A stretch of DNA of 63,960 nucleotides, filler included, from Ionaspis alba (Eukaryota), in NCBI GenBank assembly GCA_964255285.1. It is 3 parts of 3 records of this genome, joined end to end, with 100 filler letters (N's around TTAATTAATTAA, not from the genome) between each part and the next. Parts side by side here need not be neighbours in the genome. Positions count along the whole stretch, not along the records: positions 43,336 to 63,960 come from CAXUUL010000242.1; 2 more parts are not named here. One strand, written 5' to 3'. A program made the translations under genes and the position numbers. The notes beneath the pieces are model-generated. The model saw only the letters and a list, made by a program, of their open reading frames with translations. It was not told where the DNA came from and ran no database searches. Shown piece by piece: positions 52,098 through 63,283 of this stretch (position 1 is the stretch's first letter; each line of letters starts with the position of its first letter).

Positions 52098-55000
52098 ATG
52101 CATCGTCTTCTACGACCGGATGGCCTGGATCTGGAATCTGCGGAATCGCATGCCAGCCCAACCCATCCACACGATCGCGCATCGATGTCGCCATCATTCT
52201 CAATGATGTCGGTTCCAGTGGTCAATCCAGAACCTGCATACATAGCCGCATCGGCAGCCTCTCAGATAGTCACCGCCGACTATCAGCAACATTATGGCGA
52301 GCTGTTCGAAGGCAACGAACATACGACTGGTCGCGAGACTGCTCTCGTTTCACCTTCCTCCCTGAGTCTCGTGAATGCTTTCCTGGACCGACTCCTTTTC
52401 AACTTCTTGGCTAGTGCTCAATCAACTTCTCTCTCAGCACTAAAACCGGCCATAGTAGAGGTCTTGAAGCCTCGGCTAGCAAAGGAGGCAATTGATGGTG
52501 CCGAGGAAGAGTTGCGGGAGTTCCTGGAAGGAGGAGACGATGCGGAGTTCGAGTCTCATCGGCATCGACAAGAACAACAGGATGCGTGGGATCTTGAGAT
52601 GGTCTGGAAGAGAACAAGACTGCGATGTATGGTATACACACGGCTAGGAGATATGGAGGAAGAGGACGAAGAAATGTATATCGCTCAGGAGCATTTAGAA
52701 GATTCCACGACCAGTCGTCGGCTGTCTAGAGACTTCGGAATTGTCTCTCCGCCTGTCGCGATATTCTTAACGTCGGTCCTCGAATGTATTGGAGAAATGG
52801 CCCTGGGAATTGCTGGAGAAGCAGCATATAAACGGATGGATCAAAGACTCCGTATGGAGAAGCAAAAGCCAGCGGGCCCACAAAGGTTGATTGTGCAAGA
52901 GATGGACATGGAGAAAGTAGCTTTGAACGCTACTTTGGGACGTCTCTGGCGCTCGTGGAGAAAGCTTCTGAGATCCCCTAGGACTTCGATATCAAGAGTT
53001 CTATCACGGGACTCGGGAGGATATCGAGGATTGCGGGGTTTCTCCAGTACCACCTCTGGCAGCAGGAGAAGCAGCATTGCAACTTCCGACGGAGCGCTAT
53101 ACCCTGGTGATCTTGACAGAACTCCATCGGTTGCAGAAGTGCTGTCAGGATCTGAGCCCGCATCTATTCCATTGCCATCGACGGACTATGACGTGGCAGA
53201 AATCGAGGTTCCTGGATATTCCGTGAATGCTATTCCACGATTTCGCGAACTGGCTCAGGGTGGATCTTCGAACCGTCCATACAGTATGATGATACCAATG
53301 CAACAAGACAACCGTCCTCCTACACCTGTATCGTCACATACTTTTTCTCCGTCCTCAAAGCAAAATGAGATTTCCTTCTCTGGTGACGACTATGAGGCTC
53401 CAAGGAAACACCAACGCTCTCACTCATTACCCACTCCAATAAACTCTCCATATGTGATTGCTCCGGAGTATCAGGAATCGACGATAGAATCCAGGACGGT
53501 CAAAGAACAGCCTGAGAACGCCGACGTAACACCAGACCCTCCGGTACGTGAGGATGACTTGACACCACGCGCGGAAAATCTAGACAGCAAGACCACAATG
53601 TCGAACTCCATGGCGGATCGCTTGGCTGGACGCGCAAACCCTATTTCTCCACCCGTCACGCCCTTCCAAGGTTCTGTACTCAATGCTATCTCGAGACATG
53701 CCGCGAGAGAACTGACTCCGCCAAACACAAGCCCGGAAGGCGATAATCCAACGATCGAGAATGTCGAATCTGCGCTAAGTCAGTCAGAAGGCAGCATCGG
53801 AGAACCAAAATTGCAAGATTCGAACAGACTTTCGGCGACCGACGCTGACAGACTGCGAGAAGCTCAGCAAACGCGGTACAGCAGTGCGTCCTCCAATCAC
53901 GACGATTTTGGAGGAGGCGATGTTTCTCCGATGGAGCCTGCACCCGTAGAATCTGGCGAGGTGTCACCAATCGACCCGAGCGAGGATAATCGGCCAGGGT
54001 TCTATTACAGGTACCAGGATCGCGATGAGCCATTGACGAGTAATGATACGCATAATCGCGCAGTCGCCGAAGATTTCAGTCGAGATGACAGGATGGTGTC
54101 GAGAAATGTAGGGAATGTGCACATTAGCCCACGTTCAATGCAAGGGCGTCAACGCGGTATGGAGGGTCCAACCGAGGACGATTATGCGAAAGAAGAAAAA
54201 CGTGAGGCTTTCGTGGTCCTCGAAGATGTACCTGCAGTAGGCAGTGTACGGAACTCCGATGCATCTACACTCTCTGGGAAGGACCTACAACCTGATGGGA
54301 CCATCTCGACTAAGAGATCCCGTCCAACAGGCGTCGAAAATGCGCCGCTCTCTCTTACGCCATTGCGGGAAATGATGGAACATGCGCCTGCAACTCCTGA
54401 TGAATCATCATCGTTCACAGCGAGCCAGGCACATTCGAGTCCACATGCCGCGAGGACGTCTCTCTCATCCTCGGTGCATTCTCATACCAAGAATTCTTCG
54501 ACTGGTAGCAAAGGTTCAGACCTCCGCCGTCAGCTACCCGCAGTATATACTGGAGCAAACCACGATCGAGCAGTCGTTCAGCCAGCATCCTTCTCCCCGA
54601 TCCGAACTCGTGATAACTCCATTTCGCAAGGCCGGTCTTCGGAAAGCAGCAGTCGCGAGATCCGACCGACCTATGTCGCTACGACTTCAGCTCCTTCGCC
54701 ATCGTCAGCGAAGCGAAGAGGTCATCTAGTTTCGATCTCTGGGGACAACTTGGGGCCGTCAAGATCCTCAAGCGGTGGAAGCAAGAGTACCCACGATGAG
54801 AGGTATAATAAGGATAGCGCACAACTAGATGATACTCAACGCAGTTTCGAACGTCTTATCAATAGTGAGGAGACGATACAGTATACATTGACTCCACATA
54901 CTATGCGGGAGCTTGAGGTACGTCGGCACTGAATATTAGTCAAGTTATCTATTCTAATCTGATTTCAGGGACCGGATTCACAACGTAATGAACCAAGTTA

Positions 55001-56534
55001 TACCACGTCCAAAGCCTCACCCATCGCCAGTAAAGTTCGAAGCGGGCGAACTTCGATGGAGCAGAATCCTCCTACGCCCGGACGCTCAGTGATGGGATCT
55101 ATTAAGGGCATAAACGGACTTCGTTCTAGCCCAGTGACCACTTCAAGGTCTAGATCATCCTCTGATCATACGCAAGTCGCCACGTCCAAAGGACAAAGTC
55201 TTGTCATACACTCCGGACCCACTGTCAAACGTGGCCCTCAACCTATTGCACGCGACGCCAGGATAGAGAATGAGACTACGAGAGACTTTGCGGATTTCAT
55301 TCGATCCACCGGACCAGAAAGCTTGAAATCCTTGCCAAAACTTCCCGGCGCCAGCACTTCAAGACCCACTACAGCGGTGAACGCCTCTCAACGTTCACCT
55401 ACAAACCCACAGCCCATCAGTCCACGGACGGTGGGAAAGACGGCGAATGGACTGAATCCGATTATCCCACCTCAAAAGGCTGAAAACAAGACCCCCAAGA
55501 AATCTGGCCCCCGCCTTCAGGCTCGAGATGCTGCGATCAACCGTAATGATCAGAGTTCTGATCTGATCGACTTTATTCGTCAAGGTCCTCAGATTGACCG
55601 GAGTGACCGCAACGAAGGTGCCCATCGCATACCTCGCACAATCGCACCATTCAGAACGACCATGGACTCGGACGAGATCCAGGCTCTTGGCCATGGGAAT
55701 GCAAGATCCAAGGACGCAATTTCCACTGCCAGCACACAAGACAGCTCCTTCATGTCAAAATCTCTCCGTTCGTCGGTCAACTCGCGAACTGGCCTCCTCG
55801 AATCCTCCAACAGAAACAACACCAAGATCGGCATTCCTCCTACGGAAAAACACCGCGCAGATCGCTTCGATGACCCACCTGAACCCCGCCGCAAACAACG
55901 CCGCGTCCGCGACCCCTACGCCATTGACACCGACAGCGAAGAGGAAGACCACGACACCGTCACACCCAAAGCCCCCCGCGAAGAATCCCTCATGGACTTC
56001 CTCAACAGCGTCCCACCCCCAACTGCAAACTTCGACCCCGTCCCATTCGATGTCCCTAAATCCTACCAAAAGACTCTCCAACGCAAGACCAGCGGCCCAA
56101 GCATGCGCTCCCGCTTCACCCGTTCCGCCTCCACAACCGCCAACCAAAAACCCGATCCCCGCTCTCCACCACCTGCCCGCTCCTCCACACCCCCCGCCAT
56201 CCGCGGCCGCAGCGTCAGCGGTCCCCAAAAGGTCTCGAACCACCGCCCCCGCAACTCCTCGCCCCACCTCGTCCAGCAGCCCGGCGGCAAATTCGATACC
56301 TACAGACCCACGCAGCCGACTTACGCGCCCCATCGTGCGAAGAAACCGGCCGCTAGAGACGAACACGAGGTCCAGAAAATGGATATGACGGATTTGGCGG
56401 ACTTCCTGAAGAACTCCGGACCGCCGGAGCCGCCGGGTGGGTTTGCGGCTGAGGCGCCGGTCGTGGGGGTTGCGAGGGAGGAGAAGAATTTCAGGGGGAT
56501 TTTTTCGAGGAGGAAGAGGGTTGGTGCTGCTTAA
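52098..56534 (+). CDS. Large (~1450 aa) uncharacterised protein: N-terminal histone-fold doublet, disordered middle, four C-terminal DF(I/L)xxxxP repeats; 2 coding exons
   Basis: ORFs 51990-54932 and 55056-56534 are joined by a GTACGT...CAG intron (about 54918-54968). Start codon uncertain. Confidence 0.8.
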
Positions 56535-58183
56535 GAGGGTTAAGTGTCTGGTGTTGATGCCACGTGGGTCTATCTTGGCTTTATTGCTTGCCTTCTCTCC
56601 TCTGTTCATTTGCTTCAAGACGAGTCTAGCTCAGTTGCTGTGGCTGGTGCTTCCGTGGCATCATCCCGTTAATTCTTGTCGATGTACTGACACTTTTTGC
56701 AATATTTACTGCCTGGCATTTGTGCGAAAGCTGGGTGGTTTTTTCGTTCTAGCTTACCCGAGATTGATGGATATAGTTCTGGAGCATGGGGTAGCTTTCT
56801 TTCATGTATGAAGACGAGATCTATGAGTTCAAGATTGGAGGTTGATTGTTGGCTTTTGCATAGATAGGTTGCTGTGGGTTAAGATGCTTGGAGATTGGAA
56901 TTGAATGGATTTTTATTGAGAGTTCTAAGTGTTCATTTGCTCGAATGCGCGAGTGTTAGTGAAGGACCGTCCTTGCTGGTATACTATGCTGGTCGTGCAC
57001 GCTTCAGGACTGACCTTATGCATCCATTGAGTCTCTAGTCGTCCAGCTATCTCCAAGGAGATGGTTTGGGGAGAGAATATAGTTAGGGTTTCATTGGTTT
57101 GCTGATTGAGCTATTAGGGCTTCAAGATTCATGGCATGCTCGCGGTCTAATTGGAAGTCTAGTCCTCAATGACCATTTCTGTGAACTAACTATTACCCGC
57201 TACTATTATTAACCTTCTATACCCTGCTGCTCCGGCGCACTCTTCACTACAGGACGCATGTTTTTTCGACGTTCTATACCTCGGAACAACATCGGCACAA
57301 TACTTAATAAAGGAGTCAACGTACGAACAAGGGAAAATCTCTTGAAACACTCCTTTTTTACTCCTTCGTGACTCTGTCCGTAAATGGTGGAACCTTGATG
57401 AAGATGGCCGCGGCGGAATATTTCCAGGTAATCAAAGGTTCGTTGCCATACTAAGGTCCAGCAATCAGTGAAGTCGCTGAAATGTTGAGTCACGACTTCG
57501 CAACCATCCATGGGGGGGGGTTGGTCTCTGTAGCGTGTAACTCTGTAGATTGGTTGCAGACTAAAAAGGGTACTATATACATACGCTAGTCACGTGCACG
57601 AGCGTAGCCTTGGCCCCTTGGCAGCCCTATGCCTGAGTCCTGACCAAAAATGGAAGAAGATGACATGCTTACAGATAGATGGACCAAGGCCGGCTCCTGA
57701 GCTCCAAGCAACTTTAGCCAATGGATGTTGTCGCGCCATTCGGAGGGGTGCGCCGACCGCGACTTAAGTGCCACGCTCTGAGTTATGATCCAAGCAAGGT
57801 TAATGGAATCGCAACCTCTGAACCTTTGAAAGTCTATTAAAGTTGTTGCACGGAAGAGAGGAAGATATTGTTGATTCTCTACGGAATCAAGCTCCAGGGT
57901 ACGTCTCGGGCCAGGCCCGGCCAAAGGTCGCGATAAGCCCCGTCGCCTATATAGTCAAAATCATGAGGTCTAATGTCGAACGAAGGGGCTCGCGAAGGTT
58001 TCTATTTCGGAGTATTTCGGTATGAAAAGAATGAAAATTCGTTGTATGTAAGCTTTAAGCGTTATACAACCCAGGTAGATATTCATATCAAGTCTTTTTT
58101 TAAGTTGAAAGAGGTACAGCACTGGCAGATGAGTTCTGGCATGAAGTGAATGAATTGACTGAACTCTTAGGGTTGGTTCGCTT

Positions 58184-60016
58184 CTAGTTCACTGCAGAAG
58201 CCTGAGTGTGAGATGCTCGCTCTCTAAATTCAACAAAAGGACCACTCTTCCAGCCCGCGATGGAGTAATGACTTTCAAAGTGTAGCTCCGAGGCCGCTCC
58301 AGGTTCCCCGGAAACTTTCGGCCAAGCCTGCGATGGGTCTTTGTGGTGATCTGCTGCTAGTCGAAAGTCGTAGTTGACCAGTAGGTGGGCAAAACTAATG
58401 CTAGATATCATGATTGCCACATGCATGCCTGCGCATTGTCTCGGGCCTATGGAAAACGGCGTAAACATTTTCTTGGCGAGATTATACTCGTCCTCCGGCA
58501 AGGTTCCCGGAGTCCAACGTTCGGGCCAAAATAGAACTGGATCGCGGAAAATCCTGCCATCTCTGAATATTGTGAATAGGCTCATGCCGATGTCGGTACC
58601 GAATGGTAGAGGGAATTTCCTGTCACCGATCTCGACGCCCGTTTGCTCACATTCGCGCCAGTGAACTCCGCATGCCGGTGGGAGCTGCCGCATGACTTCA
58701 TCCATACAGGCCCGAAGATATGCGCAGGACTCAAGCTCCGGTACCCAGGTGATTTGTCCAGGTTTAAACTTGCTTCGCAGCTCAGTAGCTGACTTATCGT
58801 AGACAAGTGGGTAGTGGGACAGATAATGTTGGAACCCGCCGAGCATCATTCCATAGGCGTCAGCTGAGGAAAAGGTACTAAAAGCCCCTTCAGCGATCAT
58901 CTAGGCATAGTTGTGACCGGGCTTGCTAGATATGCCCAGCCCGCTTTGGATGACCGGAGCAAAAATTCCTCCCCATTCAGTTGTGTTATTTGCAACAGCC
59001 TGTTCGATAAATGTTTGGTACCATTTATTGAACAGCGAAGCCATAGGCGAGAATGTGACCAATAAACGACTGACCATGCCTCCGATGCCAATACTGTTCA
59101 AGAAAGGCCACTGCTCCCAAAGGCCCATTTTCTTTTCATGCACATGAAGGGCTGGGAACACATAATCTTTAGCTGGGCTGCGCATCAGGTCTGTTTTGAT
59201 GCCGAGGCCAAAATCAGCCATCGTATCAAACCCGAGACAGAGATCTCGTTTGGATCAGTCAATGGTTTGGACGTGGCCGCAGGATTTGCTAACCTACTCC
59301 AAGCTCTCATGTCACTAGCAGAACTCCAGCCTTTTGCGTCCTTTTTCCTAGTAAGCTCAGAGAAGTATATCTCCAGGTTTCTAAGGATAGCCGGCTCGAA
59401 AAGTGCTAGACTTTTAGCACCGACTCCAGATCTGAACGTTCTCCGCAAGTTATGGTGCAATGTTTTATCGACAGAGGTCATGGTGCTCCAGCCATCCGGC
59501 ATTGGAATCATAGTCTCATATCCTCGCGATTTTCGGAAAGGCTGTCCATGGCCATAGATTGCTTGTTCCCCGTCAGAGGCAGCATACTTGGAGATAGGGG
59601 ACCACCTACAGTTCATATCCGAAGGGCACAGCGTAAGGATGCGGTTTGGGCCATATCGAATCATGTCCCCTGAAGATTGTTAATGGAATATTCCCCACTT
59701 CTATAGGTAGACGAACCGTATTTTCGATGGCATCTTTGGACGTCAAGATGCATATCGCCTCGATAGGAGTAGTAGGCTGAGTATGCATCGCTGACTTTGG
59801 CGAGCAAAGGGCCAGGGACACCTTTTAGAGGATGGAAGTAGACTCGACGAATCACCACAACGATAGCCTGAATTTGTGAATAATCTCATGTGAAGGGATT
59901 AACGTGGACTCTCATCTGAGACTAACCAGCAGAACAGAACAGAAAACTGTAAAGGCAATGTGATCGAAGCCGTTGCCCGAGACGTGATGAAGGACCTTTT
60001 CCATGGTATGAGGCAT
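58184..60016 (-). pseudogene. Cytochrome P450 (5 exons) with one in-frame TAG at 58901-58903 and an atypical I-helix
   Basis: N-terminal TM helix, 'YFHPLKGVPGPLLAKVS', 'IRYGPN', ExxR 'EVMR', 'PERW' and heme motif 'PFSIGPRQCAG'. Reading …GHNYA-TAG-MIAEG… with no plausible intron around the stop. Confidence 0.8.
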
Positions 60017-60439
60017 CGAGAAGTTTGTTAGTATGGTAGTAGAAACGTCAAGCCCTTTTATGCCCAATATTTTCGAAGGATTCTGGGATTCACTTGTCTT
60101 CCAAGACGAGCCTTTGATCGGATTGTCTATGGCAATCGCCGAGAGATGGAGTAGTTGGTCGAAGAGTCCAGACTTGCCCACGGTGTGCCTTACGGCGTCG
60201 CATCGAGTATATTCAGAAGCGGAGCCATCCTGAGGTAGGCTTGCAGAACGGTCCGATGGGTTACCCTGGGGGGAGCCAGTGAACAACTATAGCCATGGTT
60301 CTGGCGGAGACTTGCTACAGGGAGTGTGAACCTTTCTATCGGACATGGATGCATTTGAAATAGGTTTCGTACCAGTTTATCAATCACAATTGCCGGCTGT
60401 AGAGTGTCCCTCCCGGGTACGACGCACACAAGTAAGTGG

Positions 60440-60804
60440 GGGAGTTTCTATTCTATCCTGAAGCTAATAGAATTACAGTGGTAATATTAGTTTTGTTACC
60501 ATGCACGGACTATTTGTACGCAAATTTTAAATATCGAAGTTCGCAATGTAAAACCTCAAAAAACTGAAAGGTTTTTGTATAATTTTTAACATAAATTGCG
60601 CACAGTAATACACGTGATAATATTCGTATTTTTATCTTGATATACGCAATAATATCGAATGTTGTTGTGATAAAAATGTTGTAAATACACAAAAACGTTG
60701 GACGTGCGACAACACGTTAAAAATTAAAATTTTGATTTGATTGGTTCACGCATATTTCAGTACTGTAATCATACATTTAGCTCCAGGATAGAATAGAAAA
60801 CCCC
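60440..60804. mobile_element. Non-autonomous DNA transposon (MITE), 365 bp, ~40-bp imperfect TIRs, 8-bp TSD GTAAGTGG
   Basis: Left end GGGAGTTTCTATTCTATCCTGAAGCTAA; right end reverse complement GGGGTTTTCTATTCTATCCTGGAGCTAA. GTAAGTGG at 60432-60439 and 60805-60812. The interior is strongly AT-rich and non-coding. Confidence 0.88.
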
Positions 60805-60929
60805 GTAAGTGGTGGTGGTGAAAGATATTGATCGCGCAGGTCCAGCTGGGGCCAATCAGAGTGAGCAAGTACCATACGCAACCCAATATGACTGCGCTGT
60901 ACGGTACCTGTATGCAAAAGAGCATAAAC

Positions 60930-61008
60930 TTACGTCAGAGCTGCTGCAGGGCTTTGCCGTAACTGACGTGCATTAGTAGAAGCGGCAACTGTAGGCTGAC
61001 GTGCATTA
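60930..61008. promoter_or_regulatory. Cluster of CRE/ATF-like bZIP sites in the divergent promoter
   Basis: TTACGTCA at 60930 and direct repeat CTGACGTGCATTA at 60963 and 60996. CCAAT boxes at about 60852 and 60883. Confidence 0.45.
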
Positions 61009-61305
61009 ATAAACGCAACGGTGGGCATCTAGCATATCCATGCACCAAAGACGGCGTTGACTTAGCAATATCGGATGTTTCAAGCTGACAGCCTGCTGAT
61101 ATCTCCCTCACGCAACTCTCTCCGAATGTGATACAACTTGCACTTGCATCGTATCGTGCACTTCAGTCCTACATTCAGGGTTGCTGCCTGGCTGCGGCGG
61201 CGTCGGAACTTGAGTTACGCAGTATCCGACAAGGTTCTATTGCAGCTATTTATTGATTTGACTCAAAAATAGGCGCTTCATGTTAGGCTGTAGGAGCTCA
61301 TTGAC

Positions 61306-62459
61306 ATGCCCCCAGATCGATTTTCAAAGCCTTTGCGACGAATTGCCATCGTTGGCGGCGGTATCGCAGGTATAGCTTGCTCATGGAAGCTGCGCGAGGA
61401 TGATTGTAGCGTGGATATATATGAGGACGACAATAGGCTTGGGGAACATGCAAACTCGGTACCATTCGAAGAAAACGGACAGACTGCCATGGTGGATACA
61501 GGCTTCATAGTGATGGATGAAGATAGCTATCGTGAGTGACGCGATTGACAGATTCGCTCCTTAGGCTTGAATACGACTAATTCGATGCGTCCAGCAAGAT
61601 TCAATGCATTTCTCAGGGAGCTGGGCGTCAAGACGATACCGACAGACATGTGTTTGGTGTTTCTACGACCGATGGAATCATTGAATGGGGGAGCACTTCG
61701 TTCTGGAGCTTTGTTGGCAACCCAGGGCATCTATTTAGTCCCTGGTTTTGGCGACTGATGTTCGACGTCTTGCGATTCAGCTACTTTGCTCGAGATATCC
61801 TCTTAGACAATTCTGACGCTTCCAGAGGTGCGAAGCCCATGCACTCACCGTGTAGCCGAGAAGATCTTTCTACGGAGGACTCGATAGCGGAAGAATTTGA
61901 ACCTATCGGTGATTATCTAAGGAGGCAAAAGTACTCGGATCAATTCCTGCGGTATTTTCTCATTCCCACGGTAGCAGCGCCTTGGTGTATTGAACCAGAA
62001 GAATTTTCACGCACCTTTCCTGCAAAACCGTTGATACACTTCATGTGAGTCCATCGATCTGGAAGTCGATGCTACCCAGAAAGACTAATGAAGCTCAGGT
62101 CACAGCGTCGTTTATTGGATACTGTTACAAGGACTCTAAAATGGCGCGCTTTCCGAAATGGCTCTAAGACTTATATCGATGCATTCGCCAAAACCCTCCC
62201 ACCAAGGCATCGTTTCCACCCAAATAACCCCATCCAATCTGTCTCACGCTGCTCTGACGGCAAAGTGTCCCTTGAATTTGCAGATGGCTCTCTCCATAAA
62301 TTTGACCATGTTGTACTCGCAGTCCATGCGAATCAAGCGTTGCGCCTCCTCGGAAACGAGGCCACTGATCTTGAACGCAGAATTCTGCGCTGCTTTAAAA
62401 CTAGCAAGAACGTGTGCTACTTACACTCAGACTCATCCGTAAGGCTGCGCCATATATCC
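61306..62459 (+). pseudogene. FAD-dependent oxidoreductase, COG2907 / 'amine oxidase'-like family; 1-nt frameshift at ~61651; 3' end lost in gap
   Basis: 'RIAIVGGGIAG', 'RLGEHANSV', 'VDTGFIVM…SY|PRF', then GAC ATG TG TTT GGT GTT TCT (expected DM-S/T-FGVS, one base short), 'EWGS', 'FDHVVLAVHANQAL.LL' and 'YLHSD'. Confidence 0.78.
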
Positions 62460-62559
62460 NNNNNNNNNNNNNNNNNNNNNNNNNNNNNNNNNNNNNNNNN
62501 NNNNNNNNNNNNNNNNNNNNNNNNNNNNNNNNNNNNNNNNNNNNNNNNNNNNNNNNNNN

Positions 62560-63137
62560 AATGACCTGTTGCTTAAGCGAATAAAGCGACGTCGTTCCGC
62601 TATTGCGGTCCGGAAGAATCTTCTCCTGGCGGTAGGCAGCAATCAACTGTGCGCATTGCCATCAGCCCAAAGTCCACACCGCCAAGCACCCAACGCAGCG
62701 TCAGCAGAGAAAGTCTCAGAGCACGACCTCACCGAATCGGGATACGTAACCGGCCGCTTTATCTGAAGCTCGTAGTTCCGAATCACAGGCGCCACGTGTC
62801 GCGCATGGATCATATCATCGTACTCCGCCTCGCTGAGGAATTCGTCATAGCTCTCCATCACCCGGTGGAAACACATGCTCATGAAGTGCATATACGCCGC
62901 GTTCTGCACGTGCCCGAACGGGTCCTGGTCCTCCGCCCACACCACGCCCCGCTCTACCATGGTCGTGGGGTCGTAGCCCATGGCTGTGAGCGTGGAGAGT
63001 GCGGTGGCGCGGAGGGAGGGGTAAGGGTCGCTGTTCGGATGTGGGACTGGGGCGCCGGTGCGGGAGTAGGGGGAGTTGTAGGCGGATAAGGCGAGCCGGG
63101 AGAGATTGCTGGAGGAGGGACGATTGTTGTTCTCCAT
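62560..63137 (-). CDS. Hot-dog-fold thioesterase (4HBT-like); 3' end in gap
   Basis: 'VVWAEDQDPFGHVQNAAYMHF' (D.FGHV.N..Y) and 'KRPVTYPDS|LIAAY'. Intron about 62647-62733. Confidence 0.82.
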
Positions 63138-63198
63138 TTTCTTTGGAGGGGCTGAAGTGAGTGCTTGGGATTGGGTTTGTGAGGGGGTGGGAAGGGAG

Positions 63199-63283
63199 GT
63201 TGTGATGTGGTGGTGATGTTGTGAAGTGGAGAGGTTGTGACGTGGAGAAGTTGTGAAGTGAAGAAGTTGTGATATTGTGATGT
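63199..63283 (+). repeat. Degenerate 16-bp minisatellite (GTTGTGAAGTGGAGAA-like, ~4-5 copies) upstream of the thioesterase
   Basis: GTTGTGA starts at 63199, 63218, 63234, 63250 and 63266. Confidence 0.75.

Noticed and set aside
57209..57511. Protein-like reading frames on both strands (possible gene or transposon relic)
   Set aside because: No family could be assigned by eye; tBLASTx would be needed.
60510..60692. 60-aa ORF inside the MITE
   Set aside because: Chance ORF in AT-rich sequence with no transposase motifs.
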